From an uncultured Gemmatimonadales bacterium (GTDB lineage: Bacteria; Gemmatimonadota; Gemmatimonadetes; Gemmatimonadales; Gemmatimonadaceae): a DNA stretch of 64,000 bases. The notes beneath the pieces are model-generated. The model was not told the DNA's origin. It was given only the letters and a program-made list of their open reading frames with translations, and did not search any database. The stretch covers positions 1,116,054-1,180,053 of the forward strand of contig CAVSUI010000003.1 in NCBI GenBank assembly GCA_963731365.1, read 5' to 3'. Positions 9,610 to 22,273 of this stretch are shown piece after piece (the stretch's first letter is position 1; the number at the start of each line of letters is the position of its first letter). The translations under genes were made by a program, and so were the position numbers.

Positions 9610-10930
9610 GTCCCGCCGCTTCGCTCGCTCGCGGCGTCCGCGCAAGCTCGCGCCATGCCGATGTCGCTCCGCATCTGCTTGCCCGCGAAGTCCACGCTCG
9701 CTGCGTACTCGCGGCTGAGCCGCGCAGCGTCGGCGAGGGAGTCGGCCACGGCGGTGATCGCGAGAACGCGGCCGCCGGCCGTGACGACGGGCGGGTCACC
9801 GATGGAAGCGTGCGAGGAGTCAGCGAGTGCGGTCCCTGCGTGGAAGACGTACACGTCGTCGCGCGGCGCGGGGAAGCTGATTCGATCGCCGGTGCGCGCG
9901 CGGTGCGGGTAGCCGGCGGCGGCGAGCACGGTTGTGGCGCTCGCGGCGTCGCGCCACTCGAGCTGCGACGTGCGTCGCTATCGATTCGCCGCGCGCGATG
10001 GCGAGCATTGGGTCCAGGAGTGAGCTCGCCATCAGCGGGAGAAGTGTCTCGGTCTCCGGATCGCCGAACCTGCAGTTGAACTCCACCACCCGCGGTCCGT
10101 CCGACGGTGAGCATCAGGCCGGCGTAGAGCAGTCCCGTGAACGGATCGCCCGACTCGCGCAGCGCATCGAGCGTCGGGCTGAAGATGCGACTCATCGCGT
10201 CGGCGCGAAGCTGCGGTGTATCGAGAGAGACGGGAGCGTAAGCTCCCATGCCGCCGGTGTTCGCGCCGTGATCGCCGTCCAGCAGACGCTTGTGATCCTG
10301 CGCGCCTCGCATCAGCAGTGCGCTCGATCCATCGCACAGCGCGAACAGCGAGAGCTCCTCGCCCTCCATGTACTCCTCGATGAGGATCTCGCGGCCGGCG
10401 TCGCCATGCGCGCCGTGCTCGAGCATCTCGCGAATTGCACGCTCCGCTTCCGCGAGCGTAGCGGCGACCACGACTCCCTTTCCCGCTGCGAGTCCTGATG
10501 CTTTCACGACGAGCGGCGCGCCCATTTCCGCCGCTGCGCGCAGCGCGGTTTCAACTTCGGTGTGATGACTGGCGCGAGCAGTCGGCACGCCGGCTCGCTC
10601 CATCAGCTCCTTCGCGAATCGTTTCGACGTCTCAATGCGCGCCGCGTGTCTGGTAGGTCCGAAGATCGCGAGCCCCTCCGCGCGGAACATGTCCACCACA
10701 CCAGCGGCGAGCGGCGCCTCGGGCCCGACGATGGTGAGATCCGGGCGCTCAGCGCGCGCGAATGCGACGAGGCCCTGCACGTCGTCAGCGCGCATCTGGA
10801 TGCACCGCGCGAGCGTAGCGATACCCGGATTTCCCGGCGCGGCGATGATCTCCATCGACGGATCGTCCTGCAGAAGCTTCCACACGAGCGCGTGCTCGCG
10901 TCCACCGCCGCCGATGACGAGAGTCTTCAC
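9602..10930 (-). CDS. purD: Phosphoribosylamine-glycine ligase PurD (at least 3 frame changes, near 10105, 9975 and 9655)
   Basis: VKTLVIGGGGREHALVWKL...EEYMEGEELSLFALCDG...GANTGGMGAYAP in frame A. VVEFNCRFGDPETETLLPL in frame B. TVLAAAGYPHRARTGDRISF...VTAGGRVLAITAV in frame C. The tail DIG/WRELAR returns to frame A. GTG start at 10930, 7 nt after the upstream stop. Confidence 0.85.
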   Translation of the reverse strand: MKTLVIGGGGREHALVWKLLQDDPSMEIIAAPGNPGIATLARCIQMRADDVQGLVAFARAERPDLTIVGPEAPLAAGVVDMFRAEGLAIFGPTRHAARIETSKRFAKELMERAGVPTARASHHTEVETALRAAAEMGAPLVVKASGLAAGKGVVVAATLAEAERAIREMLEHGAHGDAGREILIEEYMEGEELSLFALCDGSSALLMRGAQDHKRLLDGDHGANTGGMGAYAPVSLDTPQLRADAMSRIFSPTLDALRESGDPFTGLLYAGLMLTVGRTAGGGVQLQVRRSGDRDTSPADGELTPGPNARHRARRIDSDARRSSSGATPRAPQPCSPPPATRTARAPAIESASPRRATTCTSSTQGPHSLTPRTLPSVTRPSSRPAAAFSRSPPWPTPSPTLRGSAASTQRAWTSRASRCGATSAWRELARTPRASEAAGHA

Positions 10931-10937
10931 TCCCTTC

Positions 10938-11942
10938 TCAACTGTCGCGGTTGCGCGGCGGTCCGCCGAAAGCGTCGCTGGCACGCTTCGCGGCGTTCGA
11001 CATCTGGTTCATCACGCCACGCACCTTGTCGCCATAATAGCCCATCGCGTCGGCGTAGTCGTCGCGCAGCGGCCGGTCAGATTCTTCGGTTCCGCGTCGC
11101 GGATAGTCGCCCGAGATTATCCTGTCGTACTCGCCAGTCTGAATCCACCGCTGCAGCTCCGCAGCGCGCACGGTGTTGAACGGGTGAGTTCTGTTCGCGA
11201 CGTTCATCAGCTTGAACAGTGCGTCGATCGCGCTGCCGCCACCTTCGTACTCGCTCGCCTGCGCGAGGAACTCGTCCAGGTTTATCGTGTCGCCGCCGCC
11301 CATCCCGCCAGCGAAGAGAAGGAACATCCTCATCGCTTCGAGCGGCTGCTGCGATGCGAGCAGCGCAGCGCGGTCGCACGAGAACTCGGCCTTGCGGTAC
11401 CACTCGAGCAGCGCGAGCTGCACCGGAAGGGCGATGATGCCGAGTCCTGGGATGTTGCTGAACCCGATGGTGAGAAAGAGCATCGCGAGCGTCGTGTACG
11501 TCGCATGTCCACTCAACACGTGGCCGATCTCGTGACCGAGCAGGACGCGTCGCTGCTCGTCCTCGAGCAGGTCGAGTGCACCGGTGTGCACGACGATGAA
11601 CGGCTTGTCGAAGCCGACCGCCATCGCGTTCACGAACGGCGTCTGCGTGACGAACAGATCCGGACGCTCGGCGCAATCCATCGTATCGAGCACTTCAGCG
11701 TAGAGCTGATCGAGCTTCGGTCGCTGGCGCGATGAGATACGTACGGCGTCAGCGGTGAAGAGCTGTCGCACGCCGCGCTCGCCGAGGAAGCTCATGACCT
11801 TGCGCGTGACCTCATCGAGTCCAGGAACCGCGCGGAGAGTCTGAAGCGCTGCGCGATCGGCCGGGTGCTCCCACGCTACCGGCGCGATCCCTGTGAGCTT
11901 GCGCCGATGAAACGGCGCGATCGTTGGTAGTGAGTCGGTCAT
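10938..11942 (-). CDS. M48 family zinc metallopeptidase
   Basis: Intact 334 aa with the HExxH motif LLGHEIGHVLSGH. The start overlaps the upstream stop (ATGA at 11939-11942). Confidence 0.8.
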   Translation of the reverse strand: MTDSLPTIAPFHRRKLTGIAPVAWEHPADRAALQTLRAVPGLDEVTRKVMSFLGERGVRQLFTADAVRISSRQRPKLDQLYAEVLDTMDCAERPDLFVTQTPFVNAMAVGFDKPFIVVHTGALDLLEDEQRRVLLGHEIGHVLSGHATYTTLAMLFLTIGFSNIPGLGIIALPVQLALLEWYRKAEFSCDRAALLASQQPLEAMRMFLLFAGGMGGGDTINLDEFLAQASEYEGGGSAIDALFKLMNVANRTHPFNTVRAAELQRWIQTGEYDRIISGDYPRRGTEESDRPLRDDYADAMGYYGDKVRGVMNQMSNAAKRASDAFGGPPRNRDS

Positions 11943-13101
11943 GCGAATGCCTGGTCGAGGTCAGCGATGAGGTCGCCTACGTCCTCGACTCCGCATGACA
12001 GGCGGATGAGGCCATCGGTGATGCCGAGTGCAGCGCGGCGGTCGGGCTCGACTGACGCGTGGGTCATGCTTGCAGGTTGGCTGATGAGACTCTCGACGCC
12101 GCCGAGCGACTCTGCGAGCGAGAAGACTCTGACGCGGCCGAGCACCTGCGCGGCGCGCTCCCGGCTCCCCATCTCGACCGAGATCATCCCACCGAAGCCA
12201 CTCATCTGCCGCTTCGCAAGCTCGTGCTGCGGATGAGATTCGAGGCCGGGATAGAAGACGTTCTCCGCGCCGACCTTGTCGACGAGCCACGCGGCGATCG
12301 CGCGGCCGTTGGAGTCGTGACGCTCCATGCGAAGGTGCAGCGTCTTGGTCCCGCGCAGCACGAGCCACGCATCCATCGGCCCTGGGACGGCGCCCGAGGC
12401 GTTGAGAATGAACTGCAGGCGCGTCGCGATGTCGTCGTCCTTCACGATCGCGATGCCGCCGACCAGGTCGCTGTGTCCGTTGAGGTACTTGGTTGCGGAA
12501 TGCCACACGATGTCGGCGCCAAAGTCGAATGGTCGCTGGAAGTAAGGCGTCGCGAAGGTGTTGTCCACGATGAGAAGCGCTCCGACCGCGTGCGCCGCGT
12601 CGGCGGCTGCGGCGAGATCGGTGATTCTCATGAGCGGGTTGGTGGGCGTCTCGACGAGCACCGCGCGGTTCGCGCTGTGCACGCTTCAGCGATCAGGTTC
12701 GCGTCGCGTGTGTCGACGTAGGTGAACTCGAGCCCGAAGTTCTGCAGGATCTTGTCGAAGAGGCGGAAGGTACCGCCGTAGACGTTCTCGCCGACGACGA
12801 AGTGGTCGCCGCGCTTGAATAGCTTCATTATGGAGTCGATGCATCCCATGCCGCTGGAGAACGCGAAGCCGTGTCTCCCTCCTTCGAGCGAGGCGACGTT
12901 GCGCTCGAGCGCTTCGCGTGTTGGATTGCGGCCCCGCGCGTACTCATATCCCTTGTTTACGCCGAGTGCATCCTGGACGTACGTCGACGTCTGGTAGATC
13001 GGCGTCATGATGGCGCCCGACATCGGGTCGGGGCGCTGGCCCGCGTGGATGGCTCGCGTCCCGAATGCTGCGTCCAGGTCGTCGTCGAAGATCTTCGTCA
13101 T
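11939..13101 (-). CDS. Cys/Met-metabolism PLP-dependent enzyme (cystathionine beta-lyase/gamma-synthase family; frame interrupted near 12683)
   Basis: The N-terminus TRAIHAGQRPDP..GAIMTPIYQTSTY...YARGRNPTR is in ORF 12628..13101. The PLP-lysine region HSATKYLNGHSD and the C-terminus are in ORF 11939..12682. The junction reads NLIAEA/VHSANRAVLVETPTNP. Confidence 0.8.
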
Positions 13102-13160
13102 GGCAAGGGGTAGGTACGGTGGCTAGTATTCCAGATCGTAAATATGAGTGAGATAGCGAA

Positions 13161-14183
13161 TTGACGGCGACCACCCCGCGCTATTGCGTCGTCGCCGACG
13201 ACGAGCCGAGGCTTCGCCAGGTTCTGGTCCGGCTGATGACCAGTGACGGCTTCACCTGCCTCGAAGCCGGAAACGGCGAGGAGGCGATCGCAGCAGCTGG
13301 ACAAGGTCCCCGCGCAGCTTCTGCTCACGGATCTGCGCATGCCGAAGATGGACGGCATCGAGGTGCTCAAGGAGGCGAGGGCCAAGTATCCCGACCTCGC
13401 GGTGATCCTCATCACCGCAGTCGCCGATGTCGAGGTCGCGCTCGACTGTCTGGCACGCGGCGCGATGGACTATCTGACCAAGCCCTTCCACCTCGAAGAG
13501 GTCAGGGCGAGGGTGGGTCAGGCGATGGAGAAGCGCGCAGCTCATCCTGGAGAATCGCTCGTACCAGAAGGGTCTCGAGCGCCTCGTCGCGACTCAGGCG
13601 CGGCGACTCGAGGAGCTCTTCCTTGGCGGCGTGCAGGCGCTCGTCCAGGCGCTCGAGGTAAAGGATCAGTACACTCGCGGCCACTCGATTCGCGTGAGCG
13701 AGTACTCCTGCAGGTTGGCGCGCGCGGTGGGCGTGAGTGAAGCGCGACGTGCGTCAGATCGAGCTGGGCGGACATGTGCACGACATCGGCAAGATCGGTG
13801 TGCGAGAGTCGGTGTTGAACAAGGAAGGTCCGCTCACCGAGGAAGAGTATCAGCACATCATGACTCACCCGGTGGTTGGCTGGCAGATTCTCTCGCCGCT
13901 CCTGGGCGATGCACCGAAGGCGCTCAACGTCGTGAAGTCCCACCACGAGCGCTTCGACGGCCGCGGAATTCCCGACAAGCTCGCGGGCGCGGCGATTCCA
14001 CTCGAGGCGCGAATCGCCGGAGTCGCCGATGCGTTCGACGCGATGACGAGTGGTCGCGCGTATCGCCGCGGCCGATTCATGTCGGTAGATGATGCGCTCG
14101 CGGAGATCGAGCGCTGCGCAGGAACCCAGTTCGATCCCGAGCTTGCAGCTGCATTCGTGAAGGAGATCCGGAGCTCGCGCTGA
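13161..14183 (+). CDS. Response regulator with REC plus HD-GYP (here HD-GIP) phosphodiesterase domain (3 frame changes, near 13298, 13537 and 13738)
   Basis: REC: VVADDEPRLRQVL...LLLTDLRMPKMDGIEVL...ILITA...MDYLTKPF. HD-GYP: YTRGHSIRVSEYS...GGHVHDIGKIGV...SHHERFDGRGIPDKL...ADAFDAMTSGRAYR. The pieces lie in four successive frames but are collinear. Confidence 0.8.
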
Positions 14184-14185
14184 CT

Positions 14186-15559
14186 ATGGACTATCCTGGC
14201 TTGATGGTGAGCGTTTCGGGCGTGCGCGGGCGCGTCGGCGAAGCGCTGACTCCCGAGATCATCGCACGCTTCGCCGCAGGATTCGGTGCGTGGGCGCTTG
14301 CGCGCGGCTCGAGCGACGCGATAGTCGTTGGACGCGACAGTCGCGTGAGCGGGCCGATGTTCCACCGCGCGGTCGATCGCTGCGCTCCAGAGTGTCGGCG
14401 CGCGAGTGATCGACGTCGGAATCGCGCCAACGCCCACCATTCAGCTCGCGGTCGAGCACCACCACGCAGCGGGCGGCCTCGCCATCACCGCAAGCCACAA
14501 CCCGATCGAATGGAACGCGCTCAAGTTCATCGGGCCGTCCGGACTCTTCCTCGACGGCGACGAGGGACGAGAGATGCGCGCAGGCCGTGGAAGGCGAGAT
14601 CCCGCGCGCATCCTGGGACCGCATCGGAACCGTCGAGAGCGACGCCGAGGCGATCGAGCGCCACATCGACGCGGTGCTCGCGCTTCCGTTCATCGACGTC
14701 GATGGGATTCGGTCGCACCACTACCACGTCGCACTCGACTGCGTGCGCGGCGCGGGCGGGCTCTTCATGCCGCGCCTCCTCGACCGGCTCGGCTGCACGG
14801 TAGCGGCGATCAATCTCGAGCCCGACGGACGATTCCCGCGCGCACCGGAGCCGATCGCCGAGAACCTCGGTGAGGTCGAAGCGTTGGTGAAGCGAACCGG
14901 TGCGTGCGTCGGATTCGTGGTCGATCCAGATGTGGACCGCCTGGCGCTCATCTCGGACGAAGGACGCGCGATCGGTGAGGATTACACGCTCGCGCTCGCA
15001 GCGCGTGTCGTGCTCGCTCACCGCGACGGCCCGGTCGTCACCAACCTCTCGACGAGCAGAATCGTGGACGACGTCGCCCAGCGAGCTGGACGCGACGGTC
15101 GTCCGCGCGCCCGTCGGCGAAGTCAACGTCGCGACACGCATGAGGACGGAAGGAGCGCCGATCGGTGGCGAGGGAAATGGCGGCGTCATCCTGACCGAGC
15201 TTCACCTCGGACGCGATGCACCAGTAGGCGCTGCGCTCATTCTGCAACTCCTCCACGAATCAGGATCGACGCTGTCGCAGATCGTCGCTGAGTATCCGCG
15301 CTACGCGATCGTGAAGGACAAGCTCGCGCGTCCAGCCGCGCCGCTCGACGCGGTATACTCCTCGCTCGAGCGCGCACTTCCCGGCGCCGCGGTCGACACG
15401 CAGGACGGAATGCGCCTCGCGTGGAGCGACCGCTGGGTGCACGTACGCCCATCCGGGACGGAGCCGATAGTTCGTGTCATCGCCGAAGCGCCATCACAAC
15501 GCGAGGCCCAGGATCTGATCCGTGCCGGCCGCCACGGAGTCGAAGCACTCGGCGGCTAA
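14186..15559 (+). CDS. Alpha-D-phosphohexomutase (GlmM / phosphomannomutase family; 3 frame changes, near 14372, 14582 and 15078)
   Basis: SVSGVRGRVGEALTPE, the active-site loop GLAITASHNPIEWNALKF, the Mg loop GFVVDPDVDRLALI, GGEGNGGVI and the C-terminal VRPSGTEPIVRVIAEA. These are spread across ORFs 14186, 14406, 14587 and 14900. Confidence 0.8.
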
Positions 15560-15701
15560 CCGGCGTCATCCCTGCGCCACGCGAGGTACCTTTCTATCCC
15601 GACGGTGTAGTAGAATGATGATGCGCGCCATACCGCAACAGCTCACGCTGCCTTTCCGCGTCGAGTGGCGAGCGGGCGGCGCCGAAGGGAGGAACAGCGC
15701 G

Positions 15702-16414
15702 ATGCTGAAATCATTCACGCGCATAGCCGCGGTCTCGCTCGCTGGACTTGCGTTGAGCTCGCAGCCCCGGCACTTCATGCGCAGGAGCCGGCCGCCGCGA
15801 CTGGGCGGCAGCTCGTGGTGAAGGTCCTGCCTCCCTCGCCGCAAACCCAGGAGCCGCTCAGGTACACTCTGAGCGAGCCTGCATACGTCGCGGCGTTCAT
15901 AGTCTATCCCGGCGCCGGTGTGCGACTCATCTATCCCACCACGACGGGCGCGGAGCGGCTTCAATCGGCTGGCTACCACAGCGATCCGCTCCTCGGCGTC
16001 TCATTCGACAACGATGCGTACAGGGTCGTGCTCGCAGGCGCCACTCCAGGCCCGCGCTATCTGTACGTGGTTGCGTCGCGCAATCCACTGGATGTCGCGC
16101 AATACGTCCATCATCCCACCGCGCTCCAGGGTGCGATCGGCCAGGACGCCGCGCGCTCGCTCGACAGCGACAGCACCATCGACGCGATAGTGAGCCATGC
16201 GATCGCCGTCGGCGGCGATGACTCGTGGGACTCCGACGTGTACACGCTTTACGGCGCGGCGTCGCAGTACGCGTATTACGATGGAAGCGTCGCGCCTCTC
16301 GCGTACGATGATCTCGAGTCGGATTACTACGGCGCGATCCGTAATCTGGACTGCCTGGGCGGCTGGACCATCGCAGGTGCCATGGAACTACCCGTTCTCG
16401 GGATGCCCAGGTGA
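15702..16414 (+). CDS. Secreted hypothetical protein (possible DUF4384-like fold; frame interrupted near 15757, and probably continues past 16375 in another frame into a Pro-rich tail)
   Basis: SD-like GAAGGGAGG lies before the ATG at 15702. Signal peptide MLKSFTRIAAVSLAGLAL..APALHAQEP. The body reads YVAAFIVYPGAGVRLIYPTTTG...RYLYVVASRNPLDV. The family assignment is tentative. Confidence 0.45.
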
Positions 16415-16783
16415 GCGGGTGCTGTTCTACGCGCCGGGCTACGGTCGCAGGTTCGCAGGCGGCGTTCCCGCGCGGCCAATAGTTCCGTCGGGCGTGCCTT
16501 CGAAGAACATAGGCGCCCCGCCGCCGCCCACGGTTCTGCCGACGATCATCGGTGTCGAAGCGGCTGCCGACCAATCCGAACGCCACGCAGCCAGCCACGC
16601 GAGCCGCGCTGACCGCCGCTCCGACCCAGCCGAACGCGCCGTCAGCGCGTGCGACGGGAAGGTCCGCCTCGCAGCTCACCATCGACGAGACGCGCCGGCG
16701 CGAGATGCCATGGCGGGAGCAGCATTCCGCCGAGCGCGCGCAGCCGGGCGAGATCGTCGGGCGGGCGCCGGTGTCTGTCGCCG

Positions 16784-16962
16784 CCGCCACGGCTCGCGCC
16801 CCCGCCGCAACTGGCGCCTTCGCCACGCCTCGCGCCCAATCCGGAGCCCGTGCGCATCGCGCCACCTCCTATGCGCGTAGCAGCGCCGGCTCCCGCGCCA
16901 ATGCGCATCGCGCCACCCGCGCCAGCGCCGGTGGTCCACATCGCGCCACCGCCACCACCCCG
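16784..16962 (+). repeat. Imperfect tandem repeats coding a Pro/Ala-rich low-complexity tract
   Basis: (A/G)TGCGCATCGCGCCACC at 16850 and 16901, and GTCCACATCGCGCCACC at 16934. In the frame of ORF 16649 this reads PRLAPPPQLAPSPRLAPNPEPVRIAPPPMRVAAPAPAPMRIAPPAPAPVVHIAPPPPP. Confidence 0.5.
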
Positions 16963-17184
16963 CCGCCGGCGAACACTCAGAAAGGGCACTGACCGGCTCG
17001 GCTCAGGCCATTCCGACCGAGCGGCAGGCTCAGTCGTCTTATGCGGTGGAGAGCCGGCTGCGGCCGGTAATCCGAATGTCTGTACTATCTTTGTACCGGG
17101 ACCGGCCGCGGCTCTACGTCGCGTCCGACCACTTCTGCTCACTCCGGTGAGTCAGCTCATTCGCGATAGGAGATGGGTCATTAA

Positions 17185-19011
<1,827 letters not shown>

Positions 19012-19022
19012 AACGACGGCGC

Positions 19023-19220
19023 TCACTGCACGACGAGCACGCCATTCTCTCCACCAAAGCCATCGTTAGTCACCGGAAGGCCACGCGGTGCGCGCCACGG
19101 GCCGCCATCAATGCTGACATTGATGTGATGCGTGCCGACGCGAAGCTCAACAGGCGCTTGCCACACGTCGCCTGCACGCATGAGCTTCAGCGGCAGCCAC
19201 GAAGTGAAGTCGCCCATCAC
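19023..19220 (-). CDS. Short (65 aa) AMPK1_CBM/CBM48-like (E-set) domain ORF, apparently N-terminally truncated
   Basis: GDFTSWLPLKLMRAGDVWQAPVELRVGTHHINVSIDGGPWRAP...DGFGGENGVLVV matches the glycogen-binding-domain pattern (GDFNxW...G.H.Y.F.VDG.W...D.FGG.N.V). The frame opens only about 5 codons upstream, just after the csoR stop. Confidence 0.4.
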   Translation of the reverse strand: MMGDFTSWLPLKLMRAGDVWQAPVELRVGTHHINVSIDGGPWRAPRGLPVTNDGFGGENGVLVVQ

Positions 19221-19221
19221 G

Positions 19222-19624
19222 TCACCGGCTGTGCTTGTACATCATCTCCACGAGCTCGTCGTACATCGCGTGCGGCCTCCGGCTCTCCAGATCTGATCGC
19301 CGCGCTCGCGCAGTGCTTGAGATGGTTGCGCATCAGCTCGCGGCCAACCGCGCGCAGCGCCTCGTGCACCGATGATATCTGCGTCATGATGTCCGCGCAG
19401 TAGCGGTCCTCGTCGACCATCTTCTGTAGCCCACGCACCTGTCCCTCGATCCGACGTAGACGCTTCAGGTTCCGCGTCTTGATGTCAGGATCGGTGCCGA
19501 CCGCCTTTCGCTGCCCGTTGTTGCCGGACGAAGCTGGCGAATCGTGTGTCGCAGCGTCACTGTGTGGTTGAGTTGCGTCCAGCTCGCTGTGCTTCGTCAT
19601 GCGGCGTTCTCCGTGATTGATCAT
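19222..19624 (-). CDS. csoR: CsoR/RcnR family metal-sensing repressor (frame change near 19275 at the C-terminal tail)
   Basis: KRLRRIEGQVRGLQKMVDEDRYCADIMTQISSVHEALRAVGRELMRNHLKHC (C-H-C ligand pattern). The typical tail MYDELVEMMYKHSR* is in the adjacent frame, with its stop at 19222-19224. Confidence 0.85.
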
Positions 19625-19628
19625 TCGG

Positions 19629-22073
19629 TTATCCGAGCGTCGCTGTGCGCAGACGCAGGCTGTTGCTCACTACACTCACTGAGCTGAACGCCATCGCGGC
19701 GCTCGCGATGATAGGGCTCAAAAGGAGTCCGAACATCGGGTACAGTATGCCTGCGGCGATCGGGATTCCGAGCACGTTGTAGCCAAGTGCCCAGAAGAGA
19801 TTCTGCTTCATGGTGCGCATTGTGCGACGCGACAGTGATATCGCGTCTGACACTCCGCGCAGATCACCGCGCATGAGCACGATGTCCGCGGCGTCCATCG
19901 CGACGTCGGTCCCGGTTCCGATCGCGATCCCGACATCGGATTGCGCGAGCGCCGGGGCGTCGTTGATCCCATCGCCGACCATCGCGACCACTGCGCCCTC
20001 CGACTGGAGCCGTGCCACTTCCGCGACCTTGCCTTCGGGTCGGACTCCCGCGACCACGCGCGTGATCCCTGCCTCGCGCGCGACCGCGCGCGCTGTCGGC
20101 TCGATGTCACCGCTCAGCATGACGACGTCGAGCCCGAGCTGCGCGAAGTCGCGCGACTGCCGCAGCGGAAGTCGGCTTGATCGGATCGGCGACTCCGATA
20201 ACTGCCGCAATCGTCCCGTCGAGAGCAACGAAGACTGGAGTGCGTCCGCTCGCGGCAAGCGCGTGAGCCTGCGGCGCCAGAGATTCGGTCGCGATGGACG
20301 AATCGCGCATGAAAGCTTCGTTTCCGGCGAGGACGTGGACTCCGTCGACGGTGCCGGAGACGCCGTGGCCGGCGACATTCGAGAAGTCAGTCGCCGTGCT
20401 GAGCTTCGCGCCGCGATCGTGGACGGCTCGCACGATCGCGGCGCCGAACGGGGTGCTCGGATGAGGCTTCGAGCGAAGCAGTGAGCCGGAGCAGCTCGTC
20501 GGGCGCGGTGACGGAAGCGGGCGCGAGGATGACGTCGGTCACCGCTGGCTTTCCTTGCGTGACGGTCCCCGTCTTGTCGAGCACGACAACCGAGACGTCG
20601 CCTGCACGCTGCAGCGCGGCGCCGCCCTTCACGAGCACTCCCATCTGCGCGCCGCGTCCAGTAGCGACCATCACTGCCGTCAGGCACCGCGAGACCCATC
20701 GCGCACGGGCACGCGATGATGAGCACCGCGACCGCAGCGGCAAAGGCTCGCACTTCCGGTGCAGATGCACCGCTCACATGAAGCGCAATTACCCAGAGGA
20801 TGAACGTGATGACGGCAATTGCGACGACTATCGGAACGAAGATGGCGCTCACGGTATCGGCAAGGCGCTGGATCGGGGCGCGGGAGCTCTGCGCGTCGCG
20901 CATCAACCTCACGATGCCAGCGAGCACACTGTCCGTGCCGAGCGTCGTGGCGCGGTAGCGGAAGCTCCCGCTCGTGTTGATCGTACCGCCGATCACCCGA
21001 TCGCCTGCGCGGCGGAGCACCGGCACCGATTCTCCGGTGATCATCGACTCGTCGACGAAGCCGTCGCCACTCTCGATCTCGCCATCGACCGGAAGGCGCT
21101 CTCCCGGCCGCACGACTACGACGTCGCCGCGCCTGACGCTCTCCACCGGTACGTCGATCTCGCGCGCAACCGCGGCGTCGACACGCAGCACTCGGGCCTC
21201 ATCTGGCTGGAGGCTCGCCAGCGATCTGAGCGCGACAGCGGTGCGTGCCTTCGCGCGCGCCTCTAACGCGTTGCCACTGAGGATGAGCGCGATGATGAAC
21301 GCCACCGCCTCGTAATAGACGTCGGGCGCGACGCCATTCGCCACGAAGAACCCGGGCGCGAGGGTTGCGGCAGCGGAATAGATGAAGGCAGCGCCGGTCC
21401 CCAGCGCTACGAGCGTGTTCATGTCGGCCGCGCGGTGTCGCAGAGCGCTCCAGGCGCGCATGTAGAAGCGGCGCCCAGCCCACGACATCACTGCTGCAGT
21501 CGCGATGAGAAGCGAATACGAGATGATACGTGGCTCGATGTCGTACACCCACGGCAGCGCCGCGCGCGCCAGGGGGTCGAGCGACGTCATCACCCAGCGC
21601 ATGAACGGATCGATCGACTGTGCGCCACGCGCGCTGCGTGTCATGAGCGGCATCGAGAGGATCATCGCGAGCACAGCGACAACGGCGCTCACTATCGCTT
21701 TGAGCCGCAGCTCTTCGAACTCGTGCGTCTCTGCCGCGTCGCGATCACTCTGCTCCGCGAGTGGCGATAGCGCCGCGACGGGGAGCTCGGCGCCGTACCC
21801 GCTGTCATGGATGACGTTGACCAGGTCCGCTGCGGTGATCAGGGAAGGGTCGAAGCTAACCGCCGCGCTCCGCATCATGAGGTTCACCGTCGCGTCGCTC
21901 ACGCCGGGCTGCTTGGCGAGCGTACGCTGCACACGCGACTGGCACGCCGCGCAGGTCATCCCTGTGACAGGGATGAGCACGTGCTCGATCGCTGCGGTAG
22001 GCGTGCCCGTTAAAGGCGGGTCGAGCTCAGCTCGCTGCAAGGCTTGCACTGTACCCCGCGTCCAGAACGGCAT
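19629..22073 (-). CDS. copA: Copper-translocating P1B-type ATPase CopA (3 frame changes, near 20682, 20450 and 20141)
   Basis: HMA domain [16 protein letters not shown] motif [13 protein letters not shown], phosphorylation site [13 protein letters not shown] (ORF 20387..20770), SEHP (ORF 20107..20433) and hinge [13 protein letters not shown]. The start is uncertain (22073, 22049 or 21980), and 22073 would overlap copZ by 47 nt. Confidence 0.9.
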   Translation of the reverse strand: MPFWTRGTVQALQRAELDPPLTGTPTAAIEHVLIPVTGMTCAACQSRVQRTLAKQPGVSDATVNLMMRSAAVSFDPSLITAADLVNVIHDSGYGAELPVAALSPLAEQSDRDAAETHEFEELRLKAIVSAVVAVLAMILSMPLMTRSARGAQSIDPFMRWVMTSLDPLARAALPWVYDIEPRIISYSLLIATAAVMSWAGRRFYMRAWSALRHRAADMNTLVALGTGAAFIYSAAATLAPGFFVANGVAPDVYYEAVAFIIALILSGNALEARAKARTAVALRSLASLQPDEARVLRVDAAVAREIDVPVESVRRGDVVVVRPGERLPVDGEIESGDGFVDESMITGESVPVLRRAGDRVIGGTINTSGSFRYRATTLGTDSVLAGIVRLMRDAQSSRAPIQRLADTVSAIFVPIVVAIAVITFILWVIALHVSGASAPEVRAFAAAVAVLIIACPCAMGLAVPDGSDGRYWTRRADGSAREGRRRAAACRRRLGCRARQDGDRHARKASGDRRHPRARFRHRARRAAPAHCFARSLIRAPRSAPRSCEPSTIAARSSARRLTSRMSPATASPAPSTESTSSPETKLSCAIRPSRPNLWRRRLTRLPRADALQSSLLSTGRLRQLSESPIRSSRLPLRQSRDFAQLGLDVVMLSGDIEPTARAVAREAGITRVVAGVRPEGKVAEVARLQSEGAVVAMVGDGINDAPALAQSDVGIAIGTGTDVAMDAADIVLMRGDLRGVSDAISLSRRTMRTMKQNLFWALGYNVLGIPIAAGILYPMFGLLLSPIIASAAMAFSSVSVVSNSLRLRTATLG

Positions 22074-22236
22074 CCACGAGCGTCTGGGGCGACGTTCTTG
22101 CTGGGTCGTACGAGACGGTCGCCGAACCGATCTCGACCTGGACCGGACCAGCGCCAGCCTCGGTCAGCGCCTTGGCGACCGCGGCGACGCAGTGGGAGCA
22201 GTTCATCCCAGTTATATCGAGCTTGATGGTCTTCAT
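22027..22236 (-). CDS. copZ: CopZ-like heavy-metal-associated copper chaperone
   Basis: [24 protein letters not shown]... (MxCxxC). ATG at 22234-22236 within ORF 22027..22305. Confidence 0.85.
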   Translation of the reverse strand: MKTIKLDITGMNCSHCVAAVAKALTEAGAGPVQVEIGSATVSYDPARTSPQTLVDAVLDAGYSASLAAS

Positions 22237-22273
22237 TTGACGATGTGGCCGATGGTCTGAATGAGTGATGAGA

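Noticed and set aside
16784-16962. Possible CRISPR-like or minisatellite array, because a 17-nt core recurs three times.
   Set aside because: The spacing is irregular (51 and 33 nt), and the units are in frame and encode a Pro/Ala-rich peptide. There are no cas genes and no leader. It is a coding low-complexity repeat.
16993-17184. glmS ribozyme or riboswitch in the 190-nt region upstream of glmS.
   Set aside because: I could not find the conserved glmS ribozyme core or pseudoknot sequences, only short GC hairpins of the kind expected by chance at this GC content. Part of the region may still be coding for the upstream Pro-rich protein.
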